42,812 bases of DNA from Bacillota bacterium (GTDB lineage: Bacteria > Bacillota > Clostridia > Oscillospirales > Oscillospiraceae), in NCBI GenBank assembly GCA_023395775.1, contig JAEWYA010000244.1, forward strand, positions 1 to 42,812. The letters run 5' to 3'. The first letter of the stretch is position 1, and every line of letters starts with the position of its first letter. The notes under the pieces are model-generated. The model made no database searches. It was not told the DNA's origin and worked only from the letters and a program-made list of their open reading frames with translations. The translations under genes and the position numbers were made by a program. Below are positions 28,186 to 38,752 of this stretch, piece after piece.

Positions 28186-28214
28186 TTGACTATGCTCAAA
28201 AATCATGGTACAAT
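28186..28214 (+). promoter_or_regulatory. Sigma-A promoter of the str operon
   Basis: TTGACT-N17-TACAAT with extended TG. Confidence 0.75.
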
Positions 28215-28271
28215 TTCAATCTGCGCGGATATTCCGCGAATTTTGCCATGCGAATGTGAGGGAAGTACCGC

Positions 28272-28514
28272 GTGCTGGAGGAATTGACAGGAAAATCCAA
28301 GGTCGTCGGCGTTAAGCAGTCCCGAAGGGCCATCGCCCAGGGTCAGGCCGCTAAGGTTTTCCTGGCTTGTGACGCGGACCCGGCGCTGCTGGAATCCCTT
28401 ACAAAAAGCTGCGAGGAAAACGGTGTCCCCGTGGAGGGGGGCTGTACGATGGCGCAGCTGGGCGCCGCCTGCCGCATCAGCGTGGGCGCCGCCGTGGCCG
28501 TCCTTTTGAAATAA
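28272..28514 (+). CDS. L7Ae/YbxF-family RNA-binding protein
   Basis: KVVGVKQSRRAI, VFLACDAD and MAQLGAACRISVGAA; canonical position upstream of rpsL. Confidence 0.9.
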   Translation: MLEELTGKSKVVGVKQSRRAIAQGQAAKVFLACDADPALLESLTKSCEENGVPVEGGCTMAQLGAACRISVGAAVAVLLK

Positions 28515-28616
28515 GGATGGAAAACTTCGGTTTTTTCGGAATAGCCTGCCGGCTTTCCGCAAAAAATAAAGGCTGTGTGTTTTACAGTCGGAATATTTAG
28601 TAGAAAGGAGAACAAT

Positions 28617-29033
28617 ATGCCTACTTTTAACCAGCTGGTCCGTAAAGGACGGGAGCAGGCCACCTACAAGTCCACTTCCCCCGCGCTTCAGTTCGGCCTG
28701 AATACCCTGAAGAACAAGAACACCGATCTGCCCTCCCCTCAGAAGAGAGGCGTCTGCACCGCTGTGAGAACGGCTACCCCCAAGAAGCCCAACTCCGCTC
28801 TGCGTAAGATCGCCCGTGTTCGCCTGACCAACGGCTACGAGGTCACCGCCTATATCCCCGGCGTGGGTCACTCCCTGCAGGAGCACTCCGTCGTCATGAT
28901 CCGCGGCGGCCGTGTGAAGGATCTCCCCGGCGTCCGTTACCACATTATCCGCGGTACTCTGGATACCCAGGGCGTGTCCGGCCGTATGCAGGCCCGTTCC
29001 AAGTACGGCGCCAAGCGTCCCAAGTCCAAGTAA
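28617..29033 (+). CDS. rpsL: 30S ribosomal protein S12
   Basis: [22 protein letters not shown] and [13 protein letters not shown]. Confidence 0.99.
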   Translation: MPTFNQLVRKGREQATYKSTSPALQFGLNTLKNKNTDLPSPQKRGVCTAVRTATPKKPNSALRKIARVRLTNGYEVTAYIPGVGHSLQEHSVVMIRGGRVKDLPGVRYHIIRGTLDTQGVSGRMQARSKYGAKRPKSK

Positions 29034-29161
29034 GGACTGAAAACTGAAAGCTTTGCCGAATAGGTTTATATATATTTTACCTCTTTGGCAGGCATTCACG
29101 GAAGGCAAAATTGCCTTTTGAGTACCTATGACATCATATTATTATGAAGGAGGGAAGTATC

Positions 29162-29632
29162 GTGCCGAGAAGAGGTAACGTTCCCAAAAGAGAGGTTCTG
29201 CCCGATCCCGTCTACGGTTCCATTCTGGTGACTAAACTGGTCAACAGCGTGATGCTGGACGGTAAGAAGGGCGTGGCCCAGAAGGTGGTCTATGCGGCCT
29301 TCGATCAGATCAAGGAGAAGACCGAGAAGGACCCCGTTGAAGTATTCGCTCAGGCTATGGAAAACATTATGCCCAGCCTTGAAGTCAAAGCCCGCCGTGT
29401 CGGCGGTGCAACCTACCAGGTCCCCCTGGAGGTCCGTCCCGCCCGCCGTCAGACCCTGGGTCTGCGGTGGCTGACCGCATATGCCCGCTCCCGTGGTGAG
29501 CGGACCATGGCGGAGCGCTTGGCCAGCGAGATCATGGATGCGTCCAACAATACCGGCGCCGCTGTAAAGAAGCGCGAGGAAGTCCACAAGGCTGCCGAGG
29601 CCAACAAGGCGTTCGCGCACTTCCGCTATTAA
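29162..29632 (+). CDS. rpsG: 30S ribosomal protein S7
   Basis: GTG start, (M)[26 protein letters not shown] and [11 protein letters not shown]. Confidence 0.99.
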   Translation: MPRRGNVPKREVLPDPVYGSILVTKLVNSVMLDGKKGVAQKVVYAAFDQIKEKTEKDPVEVFAQAMENIMPSLEVKARRVGGATYQVPLEVRPARRQTLGLRWLTAYARSRGERTMAERLASEIMDASNNTGAAVKKREEVHKAAEANKAFAHFRY

Positions 29633-29643
29633 GGAGAAAGACT

Positions 29644-31752
29644 ATGCCGAGAAAAAACTCGCTTGAAAACACCCGCAATATCGGCATTATGGCCCACATT
29701 GACGCGGGCAAGACGACTACTACCGAGCGCATTCTGTTCTACACCGGCGTGAACTACAAGATCGGTGAGACCCATGACGGCACTGCCACCATGGACTGGA
29801 TGGCGCAGGAGCAGGAGCGCGGCATCACCATCACGTCCGCCGCCACGACTTGCCACTGGAAGGGGTCTAAGGACCAGTTTCCGGATACCCGCATCAATAT
29901 CATCGATACCCCGGGCCATGTGGACTTCACCGTGGAAGTGGAGCGTTCGCTGCGCGTGCTGGACGGCTCCGTAACGGTGCTGTGCGCCAAGGGCGGCGTG
30001 GAGCCCCAGTCCGAGACCGTGTGGCGTCAGGCGGATACCTACAAGGTCCCCCGCATGATCTACGTCAATAAGATGGATATCATGGGCGCGGACTACTACA
30101 ACGTTCTGCGGATGGTTGAAGAGCGTCTGAAGTGCAATGCCGTTCCCATCCAGCTCCCCATCGGAAGTGAAGACACCTTCAAGGGCATCATCGATCTGGT
30201 GGAGATGAACGCCGATGTGTACTACGACGATCTGGGCAAGGACATGCGCGTGGAGGAGATTCCCGCCGACATGCTGGACCGTGCCAAGGAGTATCGTGAA
30301 AAGCTGATGGATGCCGTTTCTATGGTGGACGAGTCCATTATGGAGGCGTATCTGGCCGGAGAGGACGTCCCCGCGGAGAAGATCCGCGCGGCCATCCGCA
30401 AGGCCACCGTGCATAACGAAATGGTCCCCGTCACCTGCGGCACGTCCTATAAAAACAAGGGCGTGCAGAAGCTGCTGGATGCCATTGTGGACTATATGCC
30501 CTCTCCCTTGGACATTCCCGCCATCAAGGGCGTGAACCCCAAGACCGACGAGGAAGAAGACCGCAAGCCCAGCGACGAAGAGCCCTTCTCCGCGCTGGCG
30601 TTCAAGATCATGACCGACCCCTATGTGGGCCGTCTGAGCTTCTTCAGGGTGTATTCCGGTCACCTGACCACCGGTTCCTCCGTGCTGAACAGCACCAAGG
30701 GCCAGAAGGAGCGCATTGGCCGCATTTTGCAGATGCACGCCAATCACCGGGAGGATATTGAAGAGGTCTATGCCGGCGATATCGAAGCCGCCGTGGGCCT
30801 GAAGAACACGACCACCGGCGATACTCTGTGCGATGAAAAGGCCCCGATCATTCTGGAGTCCATGGAGTTCCCCGACCCCGTCATCCGCGTGGCCATCGAA
30901 CCCAAGACCAAGGCCGGCCAAGAGAAAATGACCATGGCCCTGATCAAGCTGGCGGAGGAGGACCCCACCTTCAAGACCTGGACCGACGAAGAGACCGGCC
31001 AGACCATTATCGCCGGCATGGGCGAGCTGCATCTGGACATCATCGTGGACCGTATGCTCCGCGAGTTCAAAGTGGAAGCCAACGTGGGCGCGCCTCAGGT
31101 CGCCTACAAGGAGACCATCAAGAAGAAGGTCGAGCAGGACACCAAGTATGCCCGCCAGTCCGGCGGTAAGGGCCAGTACGGTCACGTCAAGATTCGTGTG
31201 GAGCCCAATGAGTCCGGCAAGGGCTATGAGTTCGTAAACGCCGTCGTGGGCGGCGCCATCCCCAAGGAGTATATCCCCGCGGTCGACGCCGGTATTCAGG
31301 GCGCCATGAACGGCGGCGTTGTCGCCGGATTCCCCGTGGTGGACGTGAAGGTCACGCTGTACGACGGCTCCTTCCACGAGGTCGACTCCTCTGAAATGGC
31401 GTTCAAGATCGCCGGCTCCATGGCGTTCAAGGAGGCTTGCCGCAAGGCTGACCCCACGCTGCTGGAACCCATTATGAAAGTCTGCGTCATCGTCCCCGAC
31501 GAGTATATGGGCGACGTCATCGGCGACTTGAACAGCCGCCGCGGTCAGATCATTCAGCTGGAGGCCCGTCCGGGCGCACAGCAGATTGACGCGCATGTGC
31601 CTCTGGCAGAGATGTTCGGCTATGCCACCGATCTTCGCTCCCGCACCCAGGGCCGCGGCCAGTATACCATGGAGCCCAGCCACTATATCGAGATCCCGAA
31701 GAACATCCGGGACAAGATCGTGGCCACCCGCAACGGGAACAAAGCGGAATAA
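29644..31752 (+). CDS. fusA: Elongation factor G
   Basis: [27 protein letters not shown] and NKMD; str operon position. Confidence 0.99.
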   Translation: MPRKNSLENTRNIGIMAHIDAGKTTTTERILFYTGVNYKIGETHDGTATMDWMAQEQERGITITSAATTCHWKGSKDQFPDTRINIIDTPGHVDFTVEVERSLRVLDGSVTVLCAKGGVEPQSETVWRQADTYKVPRMIYVNKMDIMGADYYNVLRMVEERLKCNAVPIQLPIGSEDTFKGIIDLVEMNADVYYDDLGKDMRVEEIPADMLDRAKEYREKLMDAVSMVDESIMEAYLAGEDVPAEKIRAAIRKATVHNEMVPVTCGTSYKNKGVQKLLDAIVDYMPSPLDIPAIKGVNPKTDEEEDRKPSDEEPFSALAFKIMTDPYVGRLSFFRVYSGHLTTGSSVLNSTKGQKERIGRILQMHANHREDIEEVYAGDIEAAVGLKNTTTGDTLCDEKAPIILESMEFPDPVIRVAIEPKTKAGQEKMTMALIKLAEEDPTFKTWTDEETGQTIIAGMGELHLDIIVDRMLREFKVEANVGAPQVAYKETIKKKVEQDTKYARQSGGKGQYGHVKIRVEPNESGKGYEFVNAVVGGAIPKEYIPAVDAGIQGAMNGGVVAGFPVVDVKVTLYDGSFHEVDSSEMAFKIAGSMAFKEACRKADPTLLEPIMKVCVIVPDEYMGDVIGDLNSRRGQIIQLEARPGAQQIDAHVPLAEMFGYATDLRSRTQGRGQYTMEPSHYIEIPKNIRDKIVATRNGNKAE

Positions 31753-31759
31753 TTGGGGA

Positions 31760-31788
31760 TTGATTTTCCCCGCGTTTTACTGTAAAAT
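31760..31788 (+). promoter_or_regulatory. Internal promoter for tuf
   Basis: TTGATT-N17-TAAAAT in the fusA-tuf spacer. Confidence 0.6.
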
Positions 31789-31852
31789 GAGCAGTGCTGA
31801 ATAAAACTGCGCTGCCCGCAAGGATTTTTGAAATTGACAGGAGGATCATCAA

Positions 31853-33058
31853 ATGGCTAAGCAGAAATTTGAGAGAACCAAACCCCATGTAAACATTGGT
31901 ACCATCGGTCACGTTGACCATGGCAAGACCACCCTGACTGCTGCTATCACCAAGTGGCTGTCCCTGCAGGGCAAGGCCAAGTTCGAGGCTTATGATTCCA
32001 TCGATAAGGCTCCCGAGGAGAAGGAGCGCGGAATCACGATCAACACCGCCCACGTCGAGTACGAGACCGAAAAGCGCCACTATGCCCATGTGGACTGCCC
32101 GGGCCACGCCGACTATATTAAGAACATGATCACCGGCGCTGCTCAGATGGACGGCGCTATCCTGGTCATCGCTGCTTCCGACGGCCCCATGGCCCAGACC
32201 CGCGAGCACATTCTGCTTGCCCATCAGGTCGGCGTGCCTGCAATGATCGTCTTTCTGAACAAGTGCGATCAGGTCGACGATCCCGAGCTCATTGAGCTGG
32301 TTGAGATGGAAGTGCGCGAGCTGCTGAGCAAGTACGACTATCCCGGCGATGATATCCCCATCATCAAGGGTTCTGCGCTGAACGCTCTGGTTTGCGAATC
32401 CACTGATCCCAACGCTCCCGAGTTTGCCTGCATCAAGGAGCTGATGGACGCGGTTGACGACTATATCCCCACTCCCGACCGCAAGGAGGATATGCCCTTC
32501 CTGATGCCCGTCGAGGACGTGTTCACCATCTCCGGCCGCGGCACCGTCGCTACCGGCCGTGTGGAGCGCGGTATTCTGAAGATGAGTGAGGAAATCGAGA
32601 TCGTCGGTCTGGCCGAGGAGAAGAAGAAGACCGTCGTTACCGGCATTGAGATGTTCCACAAGCTGCTGGACTACGCTGAGGCGGGCGACAACATCGGTGT
32701 TCTGCTGCGTGGTGTTGACCGCAGCGGCGTGGAGCGCGGCCAGGTTCTGGCGAAGCCCGGTTCCATTCATCCCCACACCAAGTTCAAGGGCCAGGTTTAC
32801 GTTCTGAGCAAGGACGAGGGTGGCCGTCATACTCCGTTCTTCAACAACTATCGTCCTCAGTTCTATTTCCGTACCACCGATGTCACCGGCGTCATCACTC
32901 TGCCCGAGGGCGTTGAGATGTGCATGCCCGGCGATAACGTCGAGATGAACGTTGAGCTGATCACCCCGATCGCCATTGAGAAGGGTCTGCGTTTCGCTAT
33001 CCGCGAGGGTGGACGCACCGTCGGTTCCGGCGCTGTCATTGAGATCGAGGAGAAGTAA
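31853..33058 (+). CDS. tuf: Elongation factor Tu
   Basis: [21 protein letters not shown] and GGRHTPFF. Confidence 0.99.
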   Translation: MAKQKFERTKPHVNIGTIGHVDHGKTTLTAAITKWLSLQGKAKFEAYDSIDKAPEEKERGITINTAHVEYETEKRHYAHVDCPGHADYIKNMITGAAQMDGAILVIAASDGPMAQTREHILLAHQVGVPAMIVFLNKCDQVDDPELIELVEMEVRELLSKYDYPGDDIPIIKGSALNALVCESTDPNAPEFACIKELMDAVDDYIPTPDRKEDMPFLMPVEDVFTISGRGTVATGRVERGILKMSEEIEIVGLAEEKKKTVVTGIEMFHKLLDYAEAGDNIGVLLRGVDRSGVERGQVLAKPGSIHPHTKFKGQVYVLSKDEGGRHTPFFNNYRPQFYFRTTDVTGVITLPEGVEMCMPGDNVEMNVELITPIAIEKGLRFAIREGGRTVGSGAVIEIEEK

Positions 33059-33114
33059 GAATCTCTGAAAAGCCGCCGCTTGGGCGCGTTTTCAGAATGA
33101 TTTGAACGCTTTGG

Positions 33115-33153
33115 AAAGCAGCGTGATGTGTTTACACATCACGCTGCTTTTTT
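33115..33153 (+). terminator. Terminator of the str operon
   Basis: AAAGCAGCGTGATGTGT/ACACATCACGCTGCTTT followed by Ts. Confidence 0.85.
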
Positions 33154-33283
33154 GCATGTAGCCCGAACTGGGACCGCTGGACGGTGAGGGCTGCCCGCAG
33201 CTGACGGCGAGAACCGGACGTTGCCTTTGCGCCTGGAATGCAGTTTACGCCTGGGGAACATTTTTTTTCGACAAAAACGACAT

Positions 33284-33325
33284 AAAAAGCTCGCCAAATG
33301 CTCAAGAGCATTTGGCGAGCTTTTT
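33284..33325 (-). terminator. Terminator of ssnA-ygfK (symmetric)
   Basis: AAAAAGCTCGCCAAATGCTC-AA-GAGCATTTGGCGAGCTTTTT. Confidence 0.85.
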
Positions 33326-33367
33326 CAAATGATCGGAAACTACCTCCGGAGAGCAGTCGAGAGTCGT

Positions 33368-36316
33368 TTATCCCATCAGGTATCCGTATTTGCTGTATAC
33401 GGTCAGAATCATGCACTCAATGCCCGCGGGCAGACGGTTCTCTCTGTCCAAGTCGGCTTCGAACACGCTCCCATCCAGCCGGACAAGCACCTTGCGCCCG
33501 CCCAGCGGGAGGAAACCGGAATTGGGAGTCCCGTCAAAGTCCTCCCGGCTGTGGAACAGGGTGAACTTATCCCGGTAAGGCGCGGAGTCATAGGGACAGA
33601 ACACCGCGCAGTTGCCGCACTCGTTGCACATGCGGTCCACGTGCAGAATTTCGCGCCGTCCGTCCGGCAGCTCAATGGACACGTTGGCGCGGTTGGGACA
33701 TACGTCCGCGCAGCTTTCGCATACCACGTTGCAGCTCAAGCACCGTTCGCCCTCGCATTTTGCGGATTCGCACAGGATGCCGCGTTTTGCCACCGCATCC
33801 GTCCGTGAGGCGGAAGAGCCGACGGGGAAGTTCGTCGAATGGACGGCTTTGAGTACCTCGTTTGCAAAGCCCTGGGCGTCGGCAATGCCCTCTACTACGG
33901 TGGCGGGGCCGCGCATGGCGTCGCCGCCGCAGTACACGCCGTCCAGATTTGTCTTGAAGTCGGGGGTGCCGCTGGCGTCCACCGCGATGCCATTATCTGC
34001 GAACAGCTGCGCGTCCACCTTCTCACCCACAGCAGAGATCACCGTGTCGCAGTTAATTTCCACAGTTTCGCCGGTTTCCACCGGGGTGCGCCGTCCGGAG
34101 GCATCCGGCTCTCCCAGCTTCATCCTCTTGCACAGCAGGGTTCCGTCCTTTTGTTCCACCGGGGCCACCAGCTCCAGGAACCCCACGCCGTCGGCAATGG
34201 CCAGTTCCAGCTCCTCCGCGTCTGCGGGCATGTATTTCTTTGTCCGGCGATAGATCAGGGTGGAGGATTTTGCTCCCGCCCGCAGGGCGGCGCGGGCCGC
34301 GTCCATGGCGGTGTTGCCGCCGCCCCCCACGGCCACATGGCCCAAAGACACATCTTTTCCGGCCTTCAGGTCCCTCAGCCAGCCGATGACCGGGACCACG
34401 TTGCCACTGATTGAAAGTGTACCGGCTTTCCAGGCGCCCACGGCGAAGTAAATGTGCGTGTAGCCCTGGGCCTTCAGTTCCGCCACGGAGGGCGCGGGCG
34501 CGCCGCACCGGACCTCGGCTCCCATATTCAGAACCAGCGCAATGTCTTTGTCGATGGCCTCGTCGCTGATGCGGAAGCCGGGGATCACCTGCCGGACCAC
34601 GCCGCCCAGCCGGTCTGCCTTTTCAAAAATGGTGCAGGGGACTCCTGCCCGCCCCAGAAAATACGTCGCCGCCAGGCCGGAGGGGCCGCCGCCCACGATG
34701 GCGGCTTTCACGCCGTTTTCGGCGGGAACAGGAGCTTTGAGGCCGCGCAGCACCGCGTCGTAGCCTTTTTCCGCCGCAACCAGCTTCGTGGCCCGGATCT
34801 GTACCGGGTCGTCGTAGAAATTCCGGGTGCACTTGTTCATGCAGCGATGGGCGCAGATGGTGCCGGTGATAAAGGGCAGGGGGTTCTTCTCGGTGATGAG
34901 CCGCAGGGCGTCCTCAAAACGCTCCTGACGGCACAGCTCAATGTATTCCGGAATATCCTGCCGAATGGGACAACCGCCTTCACAGGGCGCGGTGAAGCAG
35001 TCCAGCAGGGGAACCTTTTCATAGAGCTTCCGCCGGGGCAGAGGCTTAATGGCCTTCACATGGTATTGATCGCTCCGCGCCGCCAGAGACAAGGCCTCGA
35101 TCCCGTCCACATCCACGGAGGTAAACGGCTTGTAGCAGAGCTTCTCCAGCTTTTCACCGATCTGCTTGAAGCGCTGATAGCCGCCGGGCTTCAGCTCCGT
35201 GGTGGCCATGGTGATGGGCCAGATATTGCAGGCAAAAAGCTTGTCAATGTTGAAATAGTCCGCGCCGCCCGCGTAAGAGAGGCGCAGCCTCCCGCCAAAT
35301 TCTTTGGAAATGCGACTCGCCATGATGGTGGTCAGGGGGAAGAGAGATTTGCCCGCCATATACATTTCTTCGGAGGGCAGCTCCTGCCGCTTCACGTCCA
35401 CCGGGAAGGTGTTGGAGAGCTTCAGCCCGAATTCCAGACCGCTTTTGGCAGACAGCTCCATCAGCCGACGGAACATGGGCACCGCGTCGGCGTACTGCAG
35501 GTCCTCATTGAAGTGATGCTCGTCGAAAGCGATGTAGTCATAGCCCATGGAGTCCAGCACCGACCGGGCCGTCTGATAGCCCAGAATGGTGGGGTTGCAC
35601 TTCACAAAGGTGTGCAGGTGTTTTTCCGCAAGGAGATAGCTGGCGATGCGCTCAATCTCGTCCGGAGGGCAGCCGTGCAGAGTGGAGACAGTGACGCTGC
35701 GGGAGACGTGGGGCGTGATGGTGGAAATAAAGGCCTCCTCGCCGGGGAACATCTGGCGCAGAACGGAGATGCACTCCTTGAAAATGGAGGTGCGGGACGC
35801 GTCGATCATGCCGTTGAGGAAGGTGTCGATCTTCTCGCCCTTGATTCCCTCCAGATCATAGCCCACCGACATATTGAACACAAACCCGTCCGGGTCGCCC
35901 AAGCCGTATAGATGGGCCAGCATTTTGCAGGCGCACCACGCCTTCACGTATTCCTCGAATGCCTGAGGAACATACAGCTCCGTGGACCACTCGCAGTTGT
36001 AGCACTCGTCGTCTGCCAGAATGCAGGGCTTGTGAACGCAGGCGGCCAGTTCCGCGCCGTCCATCTTCTGAACGGTCTTTAGCTCGAAAAACCGCGCGCC
36101 GCCGTAATACCCGGCGATGATGTTCTGAGCCAGCTGGGTGGCGGGTCCTGCGGCGGGGCCGAAGGGAGTCTCAATTTTCTCCCCGAAAATGGGGAGGGTC
36201 TTCGTCCCAGCCTGATAGGGATGGTGGACGCCGAATACGGAGCCTTCCTTTTGATGCTCCGCGGTGATCCAGGTCATCAGTTCCCGAAAGGGAATTGGGG
36301 TCATTAATTCGCTCAT
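33368..36316 (-). CDS. ygfK: YgfK Fe-S/FAD oxidoreductase (annotated putative selenate reductase subunit; anaerobic purine/urate catabolism)
   Basis: ETPFGPAAGPATQLAQNI, FFELKTVQ, HTFVKCNPTILG and GLKLSNTFPV; GltD-like GGGPSG and GGGNTAMD; C-terminal ferredoxin Cys motifs; adjacent to ssnA. Confidence 0.95.
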   Translation of the reverse strand: MSELMTPIPFRELMTWITAEHQKEGSVFGVHHPYQAGTKTLPIFGEKIETPFGPAAGPATQLAQNIIAGYYGGARFFELKTVQKMDGAELAACVHKPCILADDECYNCEWSTELYVPQAFEEYVKAWCACKMLAHLYGLGDPDGFVFNMSVGYDLEGIKGEKIDTFLNGMIDASRTSIFKECISVLRQMFPGEEAFISTITPHVSRSVTVSTLHGCPPDEIERIASYLLAEKHLHTFVKCNPTILGYQTARSVLDSMGYDYIAFDEHHFNEDLQYADAVPMFRRLMELSAKSGLEFGLKLSNTFPVDVKRQELPSEEMYMAGKSLFPLTTIMASRISKEFGGRLRLSYAGGADYFNIDKLFACNIWPITMATTELKPGGYQRFKQIGEKLEKLCYKPFTSVDVDGIEALSLAARSDQYHVKAIKPLPRRKLYEKVPLLDCFTAPCEGGCPIRQDIPEYIELCRQERFEDALRLITEKNPLPFITGTICAHRCMNKCTRNFYDDPVQIRATKLVAAEKGYDAVLRGLKAPVPAENGVKAAIVGGGPSGLAATYFLGRAGVPCTIFEKADRLGGVVRQVIPGFRISDEAIDKDIALVLNMGAEVRCGAPAPSVAELKAQGYTHIYFAVGAWKAGTLSISGNVVPVIGWLRDLKAGKDVSLGHVAVGGGGNTAMDAARAALRAGAKSSTLIYRRTKKYMPADAEELELAIADGVGFLELVAPVEQKDGTLLCKRMKLGEPDASGRRTPVETGETVEINCDTVISAVGEKVDAQLFADNGIAVDASGTPDFKTNLDGVYCGGDAMRGPATVVEGIADAQGFANEVLKAVHSTNFPVGSSASRTDAVAKRGILCESAKCEGERCLSCNVVCESCADVCPNRANVSIELPDGRREILHVDRMCNECGNCAVFCPYDSAPYRDKFTLFHSREDFDGTPNSGFLPLGGRKVLVRLDGSVFEADLDRENRLPAGIECMILTVYSKYGYLMG

Positions 36317-36409
36317 TTTACTTACCTCCGTTTTAGATTCCCTCGTAATTTGTATGAGGACTGGGTTTTTCCGCCGCAGGCGCGGCGGGCGGCCCCGAGC
36401 CCTGGCTTC

Positions 36410-37753
36410 TTAATAGGTTTTGTGGTTTAGCTGACCCCACAGGCGCTTCGAGCTCTCCAGCACATGGGCGTTGACCGCTTCCTCGTCCACCTCCGTCAGC
36501 ACACGGTCACGCATCAGGATTTTGCCGTCGATCATGGTGGTCTGGCACTGACGGCCCGTCATGCCGAAGAGCATGTGGCCGTCGATGTTCTCGTCGGAAA
36601 ACGGCGTATACGGCTTGTAGTCCATGACAATGACGTCCGCCGCCGCGCCGGGACGCAGAACGCCCAGCGGCGTCTCAAAGGAGCGGTTGACGATTTTTGC
36701 GTTGTTACGGAACAGCATGTCGGTGACCTCGCACCAGCCCACGTTGGGAAGGCACGCGTTGTTCCGCTGGGAGCAGAGAGCCACCTTGATAGATTCCAAC
36801 ATGTCGTTGGTATAGGCGTCTGTGCCCATCCCCACCAGAATCCCCTTCTTGTACAGCTGCAAAACGGGGGAGATGCCCACGGCATTGCCCATATTGCTCT
36901 CGGGGTTGTTGACACACATGGTGTCGGTGGCCTTGATGATGTCCATCTCGGCGGTGTTGACGTGGATGCAGTGGCCGAGAAGCGTCTTCGGTCCCAGAAT
37001 ATCGTGATCCTGCAAGCGCTGGACGGGGCGGCGGCCGTAGTTTTGCAGACTGTCGTACACGTCGTTCATACCCTCGGACACATGGATGTGGAAGCCCACC
37101 CGGCCGTTGTTGGCGGATACCATCCGGTCAAAGGTTTTGTCGGAGATGGTGAACAGGGCGTGTCCGCCGAACAGGGCCTTGAGCATATCGCTGGGGTTTT
37201 TCTCACAGTAGTCGATGAAGTCCTTGTTTTCCTGCACGGACTGGAGAGACTTCTCCTCGCCGTCCCGGTCGGAGACCTCATAGCAGAGGCAGGCCCGCAT
37301 CCCGAATTCCTTTGTGACCTCCGCAATTTTCATCAAAGAGCCGGGAATCTCGCAGAAGGAGGCGTGATGGTCAAAAATGGTGGTGACGCCCTGCTTGATG
37401 GAGTCGATCACCAAAGCCTGGGCAGAGGCCTTCGTGGCCTCCAGATCAAGATGCCGGTCAATGGCCCACCAGGTGCCGTCCAGGACCTCGTAAAAATTGG
37501 CGGGGTCATTGCCCGCGATGCTCAGGCCGCGGGCCAGAGCGGAATAGATGTGAGTATGGGCGTTGATGAGACCGGGCATGATGACACCGCCTTTGGCGTC
37601 CACAAATTCCGCCTTCGGATATTGAGCCTTCAGCTCCGCAGTGCCGCCCACGGCCACAATTTTCCCTCCGTCGGTGACCACGCCGCCGTCGGGGTAGTAG
37701 CCGGCGCCCTCCGCGTCCCGGGTAATGACCTTTCCGTTTGCCAGTAAAATCAT
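36410..37753 (-). CDS. ssnA: SsnA amidohydrolase (putative aminohydrolase)
   Basis: PGLINAHTHIYSALARG, FDHHAS, CYEVSDRDG, FHIHVSEG, NPESNMGNAVG and GTD; AGGAGG RBS before ATG 37753. Confidence 0.95.
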   Translation of the reverse strand: MILLANGKVITRDAEGAGYYPDGGVVTDGGKIVAVGGTAELKAQYPKAEFVDAKGGVIMPGLINAHTHIYSALARGLSIAGNDPANFYEVLDGTWWAIDRHLDLEATKASAQALVIDSIKQGVTTIFDHHASFCEIPGSLMKIAEVTKEFGMRACLCYEVSDRDGEEKSLQSVQENKDFIDYCEKNPSDMLKALFGGHALFTISDKTFDRMVSANNGRVGFHIHVSEGMNDVYDSLQNYGRRPVQRLQDHDILGPKTLLGHCIHVNTAEMDIIKATDTMCVNNPESNMGNAVGISPVLQLYKKGILVGMGTDAYTNDMLESIKVALCSQRNNACLPNVGWCEVTDMLFRNNAKIVNRSFETPLGVLRPGAAADVIVMDYKPYTPFSDENIDGHMLFGMTGRQCQTTMIDGKILMRDRVLTEVDEEAVNAHVLESSKRLWGQLNHKTY

Positions 37754-37804
37754 TTTAAAAACCTCCTGTCTTCCTGTCCTATTTCCATATTTTTCATGCC
37801 AAAT

Positions 37805-37914
37805 AAAAAGAAAAGGCGCTTCAAACCCTCTCCGGTTTGAAACACCCACCAAAAAATGATAGGTGTCAGCCCGTGCGCAGCAGCACTTCGTTCCAGCTAT
37901 CATTCTTTTATTGT
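37805..37914 (-). ncRNA. Riboswitch-like cis-regulatory leader with terminator/antiterminator (possibly the ssnA RNA motif)
   Basis: P1 37897-37908/37851-37862; inner stem GTGC/GCAC; terminator stem 37834-37846/37815-37827 plus TTTTCTTTTT; competing 11-bp hairpin 37857-37867/37841-37851. Confidence 0.75.
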
Positions 37915-37920
37915 GATCTT

Positions 37921-37949
37921 ATTGTATCGGACCTGTGTATAAATTGCAA
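37921..37949 (-). promoter_or_regulatory. Sigma-A promoter of ssnA-ygfK
   Basis: Minus strand TTGCAA-N17-TACAAT directly upstream of the structured leader. Confidence 0.75.
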
Positions 37950-38092
37950 GCAGGTGGGCAAAAAAATTTTTAGGTGCGGTTTTGTGAAAAACGACGAAAC
38001 AAAATTCTAAAAATTACTTGAAATATTTTTTAAACCATGTAATATAATATTAGAAATTACATTTGACGGATAACGGAAAGGAGTCAAATTTT

Positions 38093-38752
38093 ATGCGTGA
38101 TTTGGTGGCGAAAGCACAGGACCGCGTCAGCTTTGAGACACATGCTCTGGGCGCGGTGGCTGCGCTGGTTGGCTGTATCATCATGGCGGTGCGGGGCGTG
38201 GGGCTGGATGTCCCGGCCGCGACGCTGTGGGCCGCGCTGGTATTCTGCCTGTCGGCGCTGGCGCTGTACACCGCCAGCGCAGTTTACCATTACTATCCCG
38301 GCAATGAGCTTACCGCCGGAGCAAAGCGGTTTCTTCGCAAGATGGACCACAGCATGATCTATGTCCTGATCGCCGGAAGCTATACGCCGTTCGCCATGGT
38401 GATGCTGCCCCAGCCCACGGGCACCCGGTTCTGCGTAACTCTGTGGGCGGTGGCGCTGGCGGGAATTTTGATGAAGCTCATCTGGATCAACGCGCCCCGT
38501 ATTTTGTCCACGGTGATCTACCTCATCATGGGTTGGGCGGTGCTGTTTGTGGCGAAGGATTTTGCGGCCGTGGGCCAGCCCTGCATGACACTGGTGGCGC
38601 TGGGCGGTGTATGCTATTCCGTGGGCGCCGTGTTTTACGCCGTCAAAAAGCCCAGCATTTCTGCGGAGTGGACCTTCCACGAGCTGTTCCATCTGCTGAT
38701 TTTGGCGGGCTCTCTGTTCCACTATGCGGCGATCTATTTCTACGTGCTGTAA
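38093..38752 (+). CDS. Hemolysin III / PAQR (TrhA-like) membrane protein
   Basis: SFETH, LYTASAVYH, RKMDHSMIYVLIAGSYTPF and HELFHLLILAGS motifs; AAGGAG RBS. Confidence 0.93.
   Translation: MRDLVAKAQDRVSFETHALGAVAALVGCIIMAVRGVGLDVPAATLWAALVFCLSALALYTASAVYHYYPGNELTAGAKRFLRKMDHSMIYVLIAGSYTPFAMVMLPQPTGTRFCVTLWAVALAGILMKLIWINAPRILSTVIYLIMGWAVLFVAKDFAAVGQPCMTLVALGGVCYSVGAVFYAVKKPSISAEWTFHELFHLLILAGSLFHYAAIYFYVL

Noticed and set aside
28617..29033. Streptomycin-resistance allele of rpsL
   Set aside because: PKKPNS and RVKDLPG retain the wild-type Lys residues.
29629..32830. 684-aa and 426-aa antisense ORFs opposite fusA and tuf
   Set aside because: Typical shadows of highly biased, highly expressed genes.
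33154..33283. GC-rich segment between two terminators, as a possible sRNA or gene remnant
   Set aside because: No promoter, RBS or stable structure that I can support.
33368..36316. Selenocysteine recoding or true selenate respiration in ygfK
   Set aside because: The ORF has no in-frame TGA; the selenate reductase label is a legacy annotation and no molybdoenzyme is adjacent.
37754..37903. 50-aa N-terminal extension or leader peptide of ssnA
   Set aside because: Runs through the leader terminator and has no RBS; AGGAGG precedes ATG 37753.
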